IMG/VR virus record: IMGVR_UViG_3300008448_009815
Location: 62,001 to 118,616 of that record
Length of the DNA: 56,616 bases
Source: an uncultured virus (IMG/VR IMGVR_UViG_3300008448_009815)
Taxonomy: Duplodnaviria > Heunggongvirae > Uroviricota > Caudoviricetes
Direction: 5' to 3' (one strand)
In this document: positions 38,759-48,313 of the stretch, in pieces
Numbering within the stretch: position 1 is the first letter of the stretch
Layout of the letters: each line of letters opens with the position of its first letter
Position numbers and translations under genes: made by a program
Notes under the pieces: generated by a model
Database searches by the model: none
What the model saw: the letters and a program-made list of their open reading frames with translations, nothing else
What the model was told of the DNA's origin: nothing

Positions 38759-40108
38759 ATGAAAAGTAACACTTATTACGATAATTTATTTAGAAAAGTT
38801 CTAACCGAAACTTTAGAAGGAAAGGCTGATGAGATAATGGAAAAATTAAAATTTAATCCTCCAGGGAAATCGTTTGACTATGTCCAAGAAGGAGAAACTT
38901 GTGAATGTGGAGGTGAAATGAAAGAAGGTGAATGTATGGAATGTGGATACATGAATGAAGAGATGAAAGAAAGTAGGTATGTTACATCCAAAGGAGGTAA
39001 ATTCCCTAACGAAAAAAAGGAATTATCAAGACAAGATTCTGAATGGACTATGCCAGGATTTGATATGGAAGAATACTGTGCTCAATATTACGATATGGAT
39101 CCTGAAAGATGTCAATCATATTATGATCAAAAAGAATATAATGATAATAGAGGTGAAATCGATGAAAGACTTCATGGTAAACAATCTCGTTTGGATAAAA
39201 ACAAAAATGGAAGAATAGATTCGGAAGATTTTAGATTACTTAGAAAAAAAGGAAAAAATACGGAAATGGAAGAAGGCAACGCATTTTCAGGAGCTCTTGC
39301 CAATGCTAAAAAAGAAGGTAAATCTCATTTTTCTGTTGATGGTAAAAAATATACTGTTAAAGAAAGTAAAAGACAAAATGATAATGGTGTTTTATATAAA
39401 TTAGAATACATTAATGAAACCGCATTGTTTACTGAAGATGAAATAATAGATATTATTGAGGGTATTATTAAAGAAGAAAGTAAAACAAAAAATACGATTA
39501 AAACAGGTAAAACACCTGCAGGGTATATGGCATATGAAAAGTCACATAAAGGTTCGGGAAAAGAAGAAGATGACTATATGAAAAGTTTTGAGAAGAAAAT
39601 GAAAGATTATCTTAAAGACGGATCTAAAGGTAAGTATGAAATGAATCCTAAACATTTTCCTATGGGTAATGGTGAAATTGAAAAAATGGAAAAAATGGCT
39701 TATGTACCATCAAATGCTGTACAGGATTATGTAGATAACTTTACCGCCGCAGCATTAGAAAACTTAGACTTCAATGATGGGATAGCTCCAAATGAGGATT
39801 GGATGACAGATAACATTGAAGGTTCATCTAGAACGGGTAATAACCCTGAATGGGCAAATGCGGTTGAAACACCAACAAACAAGAAAAGAAACAAAATAAG
39901 AAAAGATAATTTACTTGGTAAACTAAAAAGAAAGGCATATAATAAATCTGTACAACCAGTAGTTTCAGATAAAACAGGTAATGAAACAGATAAAGCAAGT
40001 AAAGTTATGATGAAACTTGAATCAGTTGAAAACAAAAAAATTGAAAAACTTAATGAGGAGTTCGATAGAATGAAGTCGTTGATTGGTTATCAAGATAAGA
40101 CACAATAA
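38759..40108 (+). CDS. Charged protein with an EF-hand-like LDKNKNGRIDSEDF motif, putative prohead core/internal protein
   Basis: DxNxNGxID loop; many [LIM]xE sites; C-terminal LNEEFDRMKSLIGY; TATTTAT upstream at 38737. Confidence 0.55.
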   Translation: MKSNTYYDNLFRKVLTETLEGKADEIMEKLKFNPPGKSFDYVQEGETCECGGEMKEGECMECGYMNEEMKESRYVTSKGGKFPNEKKELSRQDSEWTMPGFDMEEYCAQYYDMDPERCQSYYDQKEYNDNRGEIDERLHGKQSRLDKNKNGRIDSEDFRLLRKKGKNTEMEEGNAFSGALANAKKEGKSHFSVDGKKYTVKESKRQNDNGVLYKLEYINETALFTEDEIIDIIEGIIKEESKTKNTIKTGKTPAGYMAYEKSHKGSGKEEDDYMKSFEKKMKDYLKDGSKGKYEMNPKHFPMGNGEIEKMEKMAYVPSNAVQDYVDNFTAAALENLDFNDGIAPNEDWMTDNIEGSSRTGNNPEWANAVETPTNKKRNKIRKDNLLGKLKRKAYNKSVQPVVSDKTGNETDKASKVMMKLESVENKKIEKLNEEFDRMKSLIGYQDKTQ

Positions 40109-40155
40109 TTTACATAAAAAATATCTTTGTTATTATTCTCCATAGATACTTGTCT

Positions 40156-40620
40156 ATGGAGAATTTTTTTAATTATATAGCAAAACCAATGGATCCCGAT
40201 GATGTGGACATATGGTTTAGAGTTAATAATATAATACCTGAAAAAATGGATTTATATTATGACTTTAGTTTTTCATTATACTATTTGATTTTAGACACAT
40301 ATTTGGGTGACGACAAAAATAGTGAAACCAAAATAGTATTATCTGATGAAGATAATTTAAAACATTTTGAATGGTGTTGGAATAAAACAATTGAGAACTT
40401 TCAAAAAGAAGAAATTACTTTTAATAAAAAAGGGGATCATTATGAGTATTTCTTATCATTCTTCACTGACATATTCTATAATCAAAAGGAGAACAAAATA
40501 AAAAGTTCAATAGGAACATTCTTTAACGACTTATTCGACAGGAAAAAACCTTTTACAAAATCTGATTTGGATATGATATCAAGTATATATAAATCATTAG
40601 ATAAAAATATGTCAGTATAA
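40156..40620 (+). CDS. Hypothetical protein
   Basis: ORF with TATCTTTG (40122-40129) upstream. Confidence 0.65.
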   Translation: MENFFNYIAKPMDPDDVDIWFRVNNIIPEKMDLYYDFSFSLYYLILDTYLGDDKNSETKIVLSDEDNLKHFEWCWNKTIENFQKEEITFNKKGDHYEYFLSFFTDIFYNQKENKIKSSIGTFFNDLFDRKKPFTKSDLDMISSIYKSLDKNMSV

Positions 40621-40622
40621 TA

Positions 40623-40650
40623 TTGACATTAGAGTTAACTAATTTAGATT
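40623..40650 (+). promoter_or_regulatory. Sigma70-like promoter TTGACA-N16-TAGATT
   Basis: Perfect -35 hexamer upstream of the Hc1-like gene. Confidence 0.45.
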
Positions 40651-40686
40651 TATGATAATATAAATAAACTTTTTTTAATTAACAAA

Positions 40687-40860
40687 ATGGAAACATTAGA
40701 AAAAATTAAAGCACTTACAGAGGAACTTAGTGTTGATGTAACGAAGTTCAACAGTGGTAATAAAAGTGCGGGAACTAGAGCAAGAAAGACTTCCCAAGAA
40801 TTAAAATCTTTATTACAACAATTAAGAGGTGAAATTCTAGAATCTAAAAAAGCTGCGTAA
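40687..40860 (+). CDS. Histone H1-like Hc1-family small protein, 57 aa
   Basis: METLEKIKALTEELSVDVTKFNSGNKSAGTRARKTSQELKSLLQQLRGEILESKKAA; GNK.AGTRARK is the Hc1 signature. Missing from the ORF track. Confidence 0.85.
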   Translation: METLEKIKALTEELSVDVTKFNSGNKSAGTRARKTSQELKSLLQQLRGEILESKKAA

Positions 40861-40861
40861 T

Positions 40862-41053
40862 ATGACTAACATAAATACTATATATCTTTTTGTATTTGTG
40901 TTCTCACTAATTGCAGTATTTAGAATTGTTTTTAGATTTACTGTTTCCCTACTACAATCTGAACCGAAAAAATTTGTGATGAGTAGTAGGGAAACTATTT
41001 ATTTAGGTTTATTCATATCTTACATCATAACATATTTAATACAATCAAATTAA
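40862..41053 (+). CDS. Small two-TM membrane protein
   Basis: Two hydrophobic segments. Confidence 0.6.
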   Translation: MTNINTIYLFVFVFSLIAVFRIVFRFTVSLLQSEPKKFVMSSRETIYLGLFISYIITYLIQSN

Positions 41054-41499
41054 TGGGATTATTTGAAGAATTCAGTATACTATTTCCTTACTTACAATCA
41101 GTTAGGAAAATTAAAAATTATTTATCTTTTGACATTGAATTTCCTGAAACATGGAAGTTACCTAAAAAATATGTTAATGAGAAATCTGTAATGGAGAATG
41201 AAAAAACAACAACAGGTTATAGGTTCTTCTCATTTGTTGCTGAGTTTAATGAAACCTCAACAAACCAATTAATTGATAGTATTAAAAATGTCATCTCTTA
41301 CAATAAAGAAAGAGAAGAAAAAGACAGGTTATTCCAACACAAGGTAAATGAGTTGAAAGCGATTTTTGAAAAACAAAATTTAAATAGTCTACAAGCTTTG
41401 AAATTTGACATAAATGATCCTAAAATTGAATTAGAAGATGACGAAGAAACCACTGAGCCAACTGGAAGGGATGCAGGATTGGTTGAAGAACGAGATTAA
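41053..41499 (+). CDS. Hypothetical protein
   Basis: TAATG-coupled ORF. Confidence 0.65.
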   Translation: MGLFEEFSILFPYLQSVRKIKNYLSFDIEFPETWKLPKKYVNEKSVMENEKTTTGYRFFSFVAEFNETSTNQLIDSIKNVISYNKEREEKDRLFQHKVNELKAIFEKQNLNSLQALKFDINDPKIELEDDEETTEPTGRDAGLVEERD

Positions 41500-41644
41500 T
41501 AAAGATAAGAAAGAACTTGAACTTGAAAAAATAAAATTTCTAAATGAGATTAAAAATTTTAAAAAAGAAGACATAGTTCAAAAAAATACGAATAAAGTTA
41601 AACTAACAATATGGCAGAAACTGAAAAAAATGTTAATGGGATAA
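41438..41644 (+). CDS. Small coiled-coil hypothetical protein
   Basis: Bridges the flanking ORFs; ends in an amphipathic WQKLKKML. Confidence 0.5.
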   Translation: MTKKPLSQLEGMQDWLKNEINKDKKELELEKIKFLNEIKNFKKEDIVQKNTNKVKLTIWQKLKKMLMG

Positions 41645-41925
41645 TGGAAAAATTAGCATTAATAACTGATGCCACTCAATCAATGTTCCCAAAAGGTAAA
41701 TCCGTAATAGTTTTTGAATTGAATGAGGGAGACTTCAAAGAAGTATTAGGAAATTTTAGACAACTCGATCAAGGACATAAAAAATTTAAAATTGATATAT
41801 CAGGAGTTGAGGTTGTTTTTATTTTGGAGGGTCAATACGACGACTCAAAAATAAATGTAGCACCTGTAAAAAGGAGTTTTATTGGGAGACTATTCCCTTT
41901 TATAAGTCGTAAATCGTCTATATAA
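41611..41925 (+). CDS. Hypothetical protein
   Basis: ORF in operon. Confidence 0.6.
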   Translation: MAETEKNVNGIMEKLALITDATQSMFPKGKSVIVFELNEGDFKEVLGNFRQLDQGHKKFKIDISGVEVVFILEGQYDDSKINVAPVKRSFIGRLFPFISRKSSI

Positions 41926-42528
41926 AACCGATTTAGGAATACCATTACTGGATAATAAATCATAAAGGTATTTCTTTTGTTGTGGTGATGAATCTTTAAC
42001 AATAATAGTATCAATTCTACCTTTATTAATCATATAATTAGACACACCATCAACAAATCTATCACAATCATCTTCACTCTTTAATGAAAATAGATTTATA
42101 TCACTGTCATGTTGGATAACAATTTTGTTATTAATTTTCGATAAAAGTTTAACCCCAATTTTAGGTAGATGTTTCCTCATAAACTTATCAACACCTATCT
42201 TAGTTTTATTTTTAATATCGTATAGTTGTTCCTCTTTTCTATATGGAGTAATTTCAACTATAGTATAGTTTGGATCTTCAAGTTCAATTTTTATTGTTCT
42301 ACCAAAATCATCTCTAACAAAATATGGTGATGACTCATCCATCTTTGAAACTAATGCAAGTTCGTAGACGCATTTTTTACCATTCTCAGTCTCAACACCA
42401 AAAAATACATTTTTATTTTCTTCTATTAAGTTTTTATAATATTTTGTAGCATTAACTTTAGTTTTAAACTTCTTTATAATTTTCTTTTTTACCTTATTTT
42501 TGAATAATACAATTGTGAAATTGTCCAT
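41890..42528 (-). CDS. Basic hypothetical protein
   Basis: 212-aa Lys-rich ORF. Confidence 0.65.
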   Translation of the reverse strand: MDNFTIVLFKNKVKKKIIKKFKTKVNATKYYKNLIEENKNVFFGVETENGKKCVYELALVSKMDESSPYFVRDDFGRTIKIELEDPNYTIVEITPYRKEEQLYDIKNKTKIGVDKFMRKHLPKIGVKLLSKINNKIVIQHDSDINLFSLKSEDDCDRFVDGVSNYMINKGRIDTIIVKDSSPQQKKYLYDLLSSNGIPKSVLYRRFTTYKRE

Positions 42529-42543
42529 TTTTTCATATCTTTG
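42513..42543 (+). promoter_or_regulatory. Bacteroidota-type promoter TTG-N20-TATCTTTG
   Basis: The -7 box matches exactly; upstream of dnaJ. Confidence 0.5.
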
Positions 42544-42572
42544 TAATTAAATATAATTAAAATACTATATAA

Positions 42573-43502
42573 ATGAATATTCCGAATTATTACGACATAT
42601 TAGGTGTTCCTGAAACTGCAACCCAAGATGAGATAAAAAAAGTATATCGTAAACTGGCAAAAGAAAATCACCCTGATGCTGGTGGTGATGAGGAAAAGTT
42701 TAAGCAAATTGCTGAAGCATATGATACTATTGGTGACGATAACAAACGACAAGAGTATGATATGAGAAGAAAGAACCCATTTGCAGGAATGGGAGGAGGT
42801 GACGATATATTCCAACAGATGTTTAATCAGGCATTTGGTAATCGTAGACAAAAAAATGTGGTACATGATTTAGTTATTGATACTGAATTAAAAGTTACTG
42901 AATCATATTTGGGTGCGAATAAAGAAATCACATATCGTAGGAAATTAAAATGTGATCCATGTAATGGTAGTGGGGGTGAGAAGAAAATTTGTCCCGAATG
43001 TAATGGACAAGGTTCTGTAGTGAGACAGATGGGGTCTGGTATGTTTATACAAATGGTACAAGTTGCTTGTAACACTTGTTCAGGACATGGACGAGTTATT
43101 ACAAATCCTTGTCATATTTGTAATGGTAGTGGGACTAAAGATGAGATGAAAACTGTTGAAGTTAAATTACCTAATGGTATTGATGATGGACAATTCATCC
43201 GATTACAAGGTGTTGGGGATTTTAGAAACGGTGTTTATGGTAACTTAGTTGTTAGAGTTAAATTGGTTTCTGATAATAATTTTGAAAAGTACGGACCTCA
43301 CTTAATTTATAATGCTTATTTCACATTGGATGATTTGAAGAAGAGTGATTTTGAAATACCTCATCCTGACGGTACGGTAAGGTTAAGATTCCCAAAGACA
43401 TTTGATACAACAAAACCCTTAAGAGTTAAATCAAAAGGGTTTAAAGGTGAAGTGATAGGTGACTTGTTGGTTAACCAGCATGTCCGATTTGAAAGGGATT
43501 AA
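42573..43502 (+). CDS. dnaJ: DnaJ chaperone (type I)
   Basis: J domain with HPD, G/F region, four CxxCxGxG repeats and a C-terminal domain. Confidence 0.95.
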   Translation: MNIPNYYDILGVPETATQDEIKKVYRKLAKENHPDAGGDEEKFKQIAEAYDTIGDDNKRQEYDMRRKNPFAGMGGGDDIFQQMFNQAFGNRRQKNVVHDLVIDTELKVTESYLGANKEITYRRKLKCDPCNGSGGEKKICPECNGQGSVVRQMGSGMFIQMVQVACNTCSGHGRVITNPCHICNGSGTKDEMKTVEVKLPNGIDDGQFIRLQGVGDFRNGVYGNLVVRVKLVSDNNFEKYGPHLIYNAYFTLDDLKKSDFEIPHPDGTVRLRFPKTFDTTKPLRVKSKGFKGEVIGDLLVNQHVRFERD

Positions 43503-43675
43503 AATAAAGAAATTACATCTTTAATTATTTGGATGGTACCGTAAATTCCGGCACCAAACATATATAATGAGAATATTAATAATCCCCATTGTGTTTTACT
43601 CATACCTTTTTTACATTGACTACATCCTGTAACTTGTGTTGCTTCTTTTTTTGATTGTTCTACTTCTTGTTTCAT
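43499..43675 (-). CDS. Small membrane protein with CxxC, 58 aa
   Basis: MKQEVEQSKKEATQVTGCSQCKKGMSKTQWGLLIFSLYMFGAGIYG...; not in the ORF track. Confidence 0.6.
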   Translation of the reverse strand: MKQEVEQSKKEATQVTGCSQCKKGMSKTQWGLLIFSLYMFGAGIYGTIQIIKDVISLF

Positions 43676-43679
43676 AATG

Positions 43680-44165
43680 TTATTTTTGATAATAAATAAT
43701 TATATCACCAATTATTTTATAAGTGAATGATTGGTTAATAATTGATTCTCTTATCACAATATCATCATTTCTTGTTATTATAATCTCTCTAGTGTTAACA
43801 TTATTGAATAATTTTTTTGGGTGACGGATTGAGGTATTTATTGTTATTTTAAGATTATTATTTTTTATGTTGTAATGAGTAAATAATTGATAATCAAAAC
43901 CTAAACGGTAATCACGAATCAATAATGCACATTTATGTTTACAGGTATTAAATAAAATAAATGATTGATTAATTAAAACATCGTATATGTCCGACATTGA
44001 GTCCATGATTTCATCCGTTGGGACTCTAATAAATTCACCACTACCGGTAATAGCTCGGAAAGATTCATAAGTTTGAACGATACTCAATGGTTGACCATTA
44101 ATGGTAACATTTTTAATAGGAACACTCTCAACAATTATACTCTTAAGTAATGGTAATAAATTCAT
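43680..44165 (-). CDS. Hypothetical late protein (MNLLPLLKSIIVES leader)
   Basis: ATG 6 nt after minus-strand TATTTATA (44172-44179). Confidence 0.6.
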   Translation of the reverse strand: MNLLPLLKSIIVESVPIKNVTINGQPLSIVQTYESFRAITGSGEFIRVPTDEIMDSMSDIYDVLINQSFILFNTCKHKCALLIRDYRLGFDYQLFTHYNIKNNNLKITINTSIRHPKKLFNNVNTREIIITRNDDIVIRESIINQSFTYKIIGDIIIYYQK

Positions 44166-44180
44166 ATATAATATAAATAC

Positions 44181-44210
44181 AAGAAACCCCACCTTTTTAG
44201 AGATGGGGTT
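44181..44210 (-). terminator. Intrinsic terminator
   Basis: Minus strand AACCCCA-tctctaaaaagg-TGGGGTT-TCTT. Confidence 0.65.
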
Positions 44211-44214
44211 ACAA

Positions 44215-44335
44215 TTATTTCATTCCTAAAATTGAGGTAATCAACCCAGACCGATTCACCCAGTCATTAGCGGTCAGTTTGTTTAATAGGATTCTGACAA
44301 CCTGTTGATAATATTGATTACTCAACCACATCAAC
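44215..44335 (-). ncRNA. Candidate structured small RNA (alternatively a 38-aa micro-ORF, 44215..44331)
   Basis: Bounded by a consensus host promoter and a terminator; 12-bp closing stem (44314-44325 with 44232-44244) with one bulged C. Confidence 0.45.
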
Positions 44336-44339
44336 AATA

Positions 44340-44370
44340 CAAAGATAGTGAAGTTTTTGGTTCTGCCAAA
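44340..44370 (-). promoter_or_regulatory. Bacteroidota-type promoter TTTG-N19-TATCTTTG
   Basis: Exact consensus on the minus strand. Confidence 0.75.
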
Positions 44371-44402
44371 ACTTTTGTAATCTTTTTTAAAAAAAATATT
44401 CA

Positions 44403-44431
44403 TTGACTGATTATCATAAATATCTTATACT
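44403..44431 (+). promoter_or_regulatory. Sigma70-like promoter TTGACT-N17-TATACT
   Basis: Near-perfect -35/-10; ATG 6 nt downstream. Confidence 0.65.
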
Positions 44432-44437
44432 TTACCT

Positions 44438-45277
44438 ATGTTAAGTTATATCGGAGGTAAGAGTAAAATTGGAAAGTGGATAGTCCCTTTCTATGATAAT
44501 AATATGGAAACATATGTTGAAACATTCGGAGGGATGTTTTGGTGTTTCTTCAACATGGACTTAAAACAGTTCCCAAACCTAAAGAAAGTTGTTTATAACG
44601 ACTTTAATCCACTTAATTACAATCTGTTTAAATGTATTCAGAACCCAACTGAATTATTGAATGCAATTAACGCAATTGATTGTCAGAAATTTGGTGTAGA
44701 AGTAACTCCACCAATTTATAAAGAACAGTTTATCAGGTTTCAGGCTGAAATTTTTAGTGAAGGTTTCAGTGTAGAACCTGGTAATTATGAAGTTGCTGCT
44801 AAATACGCTTATGTCCTTACACAGGTTTTTAGTGGTTCTAAACCTGAGACAAGTTCATTCATTGACTTGAAAGGTAAATACAAATCAAAGTATCTTACAT
44901 TTAGAGATAAATTATCTAAACCTGATTGGGTAGAACATTTCTTGAAAATTACGGATGTTGAAAATATGGATTTTGAGGATGTCATTAAAAAGTATGATTC
45001 ACCAACAACATATTTTTATGTTGATCCACCATATTGGAAAACTGAAAATTACTATTCAAATCACGATTTTGACAGAGAAGATCATGAAAGACTTGCAAAT
45101 ATATTAAAAGGAATGGAAGGTAAATTTAGTTTGTCGTATTATGACTTCCCGTTGTTATCGGAATGGTTCCCTAAAGAACAATATAGTTGGGAGAAAAAAG
45201 AATTCGCTAAGGCGGCGGCAGCCAAAAAAGGTACCAAACAAAATATGGGTGAAGAATTACTTATACTGAATTATTAA
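44438..45277 (+). CDS. Dam-like (D12 class) DNA adenine methyltransferase
   Basis: YIGGKS, YVETFGG, VYND, ENMDF, FYVDPPY and LSY motifs. Confidence 0.9.
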   Translation: MLSYIGGKSKIGKWIVPFYDNNMETYVETFGGMFWCFFNMDLKQFPNLKKVVYNDFNPLNYNLFKCIQNPTELLNAINAIDCQKFGVEVTPPIYKEQFIRFQAEIFSEGFSVEPGNYEVAAKYAYVLTQVFSGSKPETSSFIDLKGKYKSKYLTFRDKLSKPDWVEHFLKITDVENMDFEDVIKKYDSPTTYFYVDPPYWKTENYYSNHDFDREDHERLANILKGMEGKFSLSYYDFPLLSEWFPKEQYSWEKKEFAKAAAAKKGTKQNMGEELLILNY

Positions 45278-45326
45278 TTAATTTATTCATTTTTATTTAT
45301 CGTAATATTTATAGTAAAAACATCAA

Positions 45327-47171
45327 ATGAAATTAGTAAAAATTTTATCATCGGTAATCGTAGAAAATGTTGATCCTAAATTTAGATTAACAGAAATATC
45401 AAATAAATTAATGAATCAACTTGTCCTTAAATTTAGTAACGAAACTAAAGATTCTGAGGATGATATTAAAAGTTATATTGGTGATTTTGATAAATATAAA
45501 AACGGATTACCTGCCGACAAACGAGACATTACAAAATATACATATGATCAACTTAAGTCTGTGATTTTATCAAAAAGAGTTAAGAAGGAAGAAGGTGATA
45601 TATTTAAAACCTATATGAAGGGTCCTGGTAAAGGTTCTGATCAAAGACAAGTTAAGTCTATGATTAAGAAATTCTTAGAGATAAGAAATTATCTACCTGA
45701 ACCTAATAGGGATATTATGAGATACCCTTATTTGAAGTTGGTTGAATTGATACAAAATAAATTTGGTGGAATTATTACCAAGGCGGCATTTGAAAAATAT
45801 AAGAAAGAAAGAAACGATTTAACAAACGAGCAAATACTTTCTTACATTGAAAGATATGTTGATTTGTATGATAGATTGGAAGCAAATACGCCACCGATTA
45901 TGTTAATGTCATTTGATGAGTTGGAGGCGGCATTGGATCATTTACCTGACGGAGATGATACACCAAAGAAAAAAGGTGACGACTTTAAAGATATTGAAAC
46001 AATCTACGATAAAGATAATTTGTATATCTTCAAACCAAACGGTAAAGAACAATGTATTAGATTAGCACATGGAAGACCTTGGTGTACATCAAGAATTGGT
46101 GGTGGTAACTTATATTACAACTATCGTTTGGAAAATAACTTAACACTTTACTATGTTATTGACAGAGATACCCCATTTGATGATTTGAACTTCGCGGTTG
46201 TTATCTTGGTTGATGAGTATGGAAGAAAAAGAATTGCCGATGGTAAAAACATGGCTGGTGGATATTCAGGACACAGAACAGAGACTTGGGATACAATCTC
46301 ATCTAAAGTTCCGAAGTTAAAAGACAAAGAATACTTATTTACTCCAGATCCACTTACTGATAGAGAAAAAGGATTATTAAGAAAATACAAACATATTAAT
46401 GTTCAAGACGATGCAGTTAAAGAACTTGGTTCGGTTGAAGATGCTGAGTTTTGGTTAGAAATTGCAAGTCCAAACCTAACAAACAAACCAAGAGTTTATA
46501 TTAATTTACCTTCAGAACTTAAAAAGAAATATATTTCTTTGGGTATGGATTTAACAGGTGATATGATTACAAGTTCAGAACCTGATGTTGTTAAATATTA
46601 TTTGGCAAGAAAGATTGATTCGTTGAGAACCAAAACTTTAAATAATCTTACCACCGCGGATATTGCTTTGATTAATATGCCGGGAATGAAAAATCTTAAG
46701 GAAGAACTTAAGGTTAAATATGCCGGACAGTTGGCAACAGAAGGTGACAACATTGTTAAGATTACATACCCGAATGATGCGTCATCAAAATATATTGCAT
46801 TGTTTGGTTTTGATGAATTATTTGAAAATTTACCTGAAAGTATTACATATTTAACAATATCAAATAAATCAAACGATTCTCTTGATTTGGATATACCGGC
46901 AAGCATTGGTAAGTTTACAAATATAATAGCATTGGTACTTGAGAATTGTGTAAAATCACTACCTGAAGAATTAGGAAGAATGGAAGGATTAACATTCCTA
47001 ACATTACAGAATAATAAAAATCTTCAAAGTCTACCTGAGTCTTTAGCGGATTTAGAGTATTTGGATCTTATTGCGTTATCGGGATCAAATCCAAGTGTTG
47101 TAATACCTGAAAGATTAAAGAATATGATGGTTGAAGAAGGTGATGGTTTTTACTATATTTCAAGAGACTAA
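45327..47171 (+). CDS. Protein with a PcfJ-like WCT domain and C-terminal leucine-rich repeats
   Basis: PWCTS...YYNY...LYYVID motif; LRRs IPASIGKFTNIIALVL, LPEELGRMEGLTFLTL, LPESLADLEYLDLIAL; TATTTATA at 45306. Confidence 0.7.
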   Translation: MKLVKILSSVIVENVDPKFRLTEISNKLMNQLVLKFSNETKDSEDDIKSYIGDFDKYKNGLPADKRDITKYTYDQLKSVILSKRVKKEEGDIFKTYMKGPGKGSDQRQVKSMIKKFLEIRNYLPEPNRDIMRYPYLKLVELIQNKFGGIITKAAFEKYKKERNDLTNEQILSYIERYVDLYDRLEANTPPIMLMSFDELEAALDHLPDGDDTPKKKGDDFKDIETIYDKDNLYIFKPNGKEQCIRLAHGRPWCTSRIGGGNLYYNYRLENNLTLYYVIDRDTPFDDLNFAVVILVDEYGRKRIADGKNMAGGYSGHRTETWDTISSKVPKLKDKEYLFTPDPLTDREKGLLRKYKHINVQDDAVKELGSVEDAEFWLEIASPNLTNKPRVYINLPSELKKKYISLGMDLTGDMITSSEPDVVKYYLARKIDSLRTKTLNNLTTADIALINMPGMKNLKEELKVKYAGQLATEGDNIVKITYPNDASSKYIALFGFDELFENLPESITYLTISNKSNDSLDLDIPASIGKFTNIIALVLENCVKSLPEELGRMEGLTFLTLQNNKNLQSLPESLADLEYLDLIALSGSNPSVVIPERLKNMMVEEGDGFYYISRD

Positions 47172-47186
47172 TTTAAATCCGAATAT

Positions 47187-47483
47187 ATGAGTAATGTTGA
47201 TATTGAAATTTATGTATCACAATTAATTAATTTCTTTGAGAGTAATCCAAACGATTTAATTGAATTGATAGGTAATCTTCAGAAAGAAGAGTTCTATCAT
47301 AAATTGAGAGAGAAGTGTGAAGAGAACTATAAGAAAGGTGAAGATATTGTTTTGACAAAAAATCAAATTATTGATATTGTGGTGGAACTTAAAATACCTG
47401 AACTATCGGATAAATTAAATCCTAAACAAGTTGTGGAAGGGTTTATCCAAAAAACAAAGTTTGGGGATATTATTTTAAATTAA
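47187..47483 (+). CDS. Hypothetical protein
   Basis: ORF. Confidence 0.65.
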   Translation: MSNVDIEIYVSQLINFFESNPNDLIELIGNLQKEEFYHKLREKCEENYKKGEDIVLTKNQIIDIVVELKIPELSDKLNPKQVVEGFIQKTKFGDIILN

Positions 47484-47495
47484 TTTCATTTCGTA

Positions 47496-47526
47496 TTTGG
47501 CAATTACAAATTAATTACTATCTTTG
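47496..47526 (+). promoter_or_regulatory. Bacteroidota-type promoter TTTG-N19-TATCTTTG
   Basis: Exact consensus upstream of the DUF932 gene. Confidence 0.8.
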
Positions 47527-47550
47527 TGATGTAATTAAAACCAAAACATT

Positions 47551-48306
47551 ATGATTTATACACCAGAACTTATCAAATCCGTAGCCCCTTCAGTATTCGC
47601 AACATCAGCATCAAGCAAGTTGTCTGACAAGTATGTCTTTGTACCAACCGATCAAGTCATTGAATTTTTCGATCGTGAAGGTTGGGAAATTTCAGATGTT
47701 AAACAAACAGGTAAAGGAATTCACGCAACCCATCAAATTAGATTCCGTAATGGAGAACTTCCTTCAGTTGGAGACACATTGGTTGAAGCAATTGTTCGTA
47801 ACTCACACAATGGTATGTCAACATTCTCAGTCAGTGCTGGACTTCACCGATTGGTATGTTCTAACGGACTTACAGTACCTACATCAGTTGCCGACAAATT
47901 TAATGTTAGACACAGTGGGTTTGAACTTGACGATGTGAAACGATTGATGGACGGTTTTGCAAAGAAACTACCAACAATCCAAGGATCTGTTGGACGAATG
48001 ATGGAACGAGAACTTACCATTGACGAACAAATTCAATATGTTCAGAAAGCGTCAAAAATCCGATGGGCTGAAGGATCAATCCCAACTGACAACCAACTTG
48101 TTGACATCCTTACACCAAATCGTGTGGAAGATAGTAATAACGACTTGTGGACAACCTTCAATGTAGTACAAGAGAAGTTTGTACGAGGAGGGTTTGACTA
48201 CCGAACTAAAACAGGACGAAAGTCAAAACTACGAGATCTTAAAAGTATCTTGGCGGTAAACAACATCAACACAAAACTTTGGGAACTTGCCGAAGAAATG
48301 ATTTAA
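47551..48306 (+). CDS. DUF932/DUF945-family protein
   Basis: APSVFA, SDKY..VPT, NSHNG, AGLHRLVCSNGL, DLWTTFNVVQE, N..LW.LAE. Confidence 0.85.
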   Translation: MIYTPELIKSVAPSVFATSASSKLSDKYVFVPTDQVIEFFDREGWEISDVKQTGKGIHATHQIRFRNGELPSVGDTLVEAIVRNSHNGMSTFSVSAGLHRLVCSNGLTVPTSVADKFNVRHSGFELDDVKRLMDGFAKKLPTIQGSVGRMMERELTIDEQIQYVQKASKIRWAEGSIPTDNQLVDILTPNRVEDSNNDLWTTFNVVQEKFVRGGFDYRTKTGRKSKLRDLKSILAVNNINTKLWELAEEMI

Positions 48307-48313
48307 AAACAAC

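Noticed and set aside
41890..41892. Stop-codon reassignment (TAG is rare)
   Set aside because: Conserved genes are intact in the standard code, coding density is high, and TAG terminates the 41890..42528 ORF normally.
44250..44280. Hammerhead ribozyme (CUAAUGA resembles CUGAUGA) or SAM-I riboswitch (UUAUCAA) in the candidate RNA
   Set aside because: There is no GAAA core or three-stem junction, and the remaining SAM-I consensus is absent.
44215..44403. 62-aa minus-strand ORF as listed in the track
   Set aside because: Its 5' half runs through the promoter elements; only a 38-aa version or an ncRNA fits the predicted start site.
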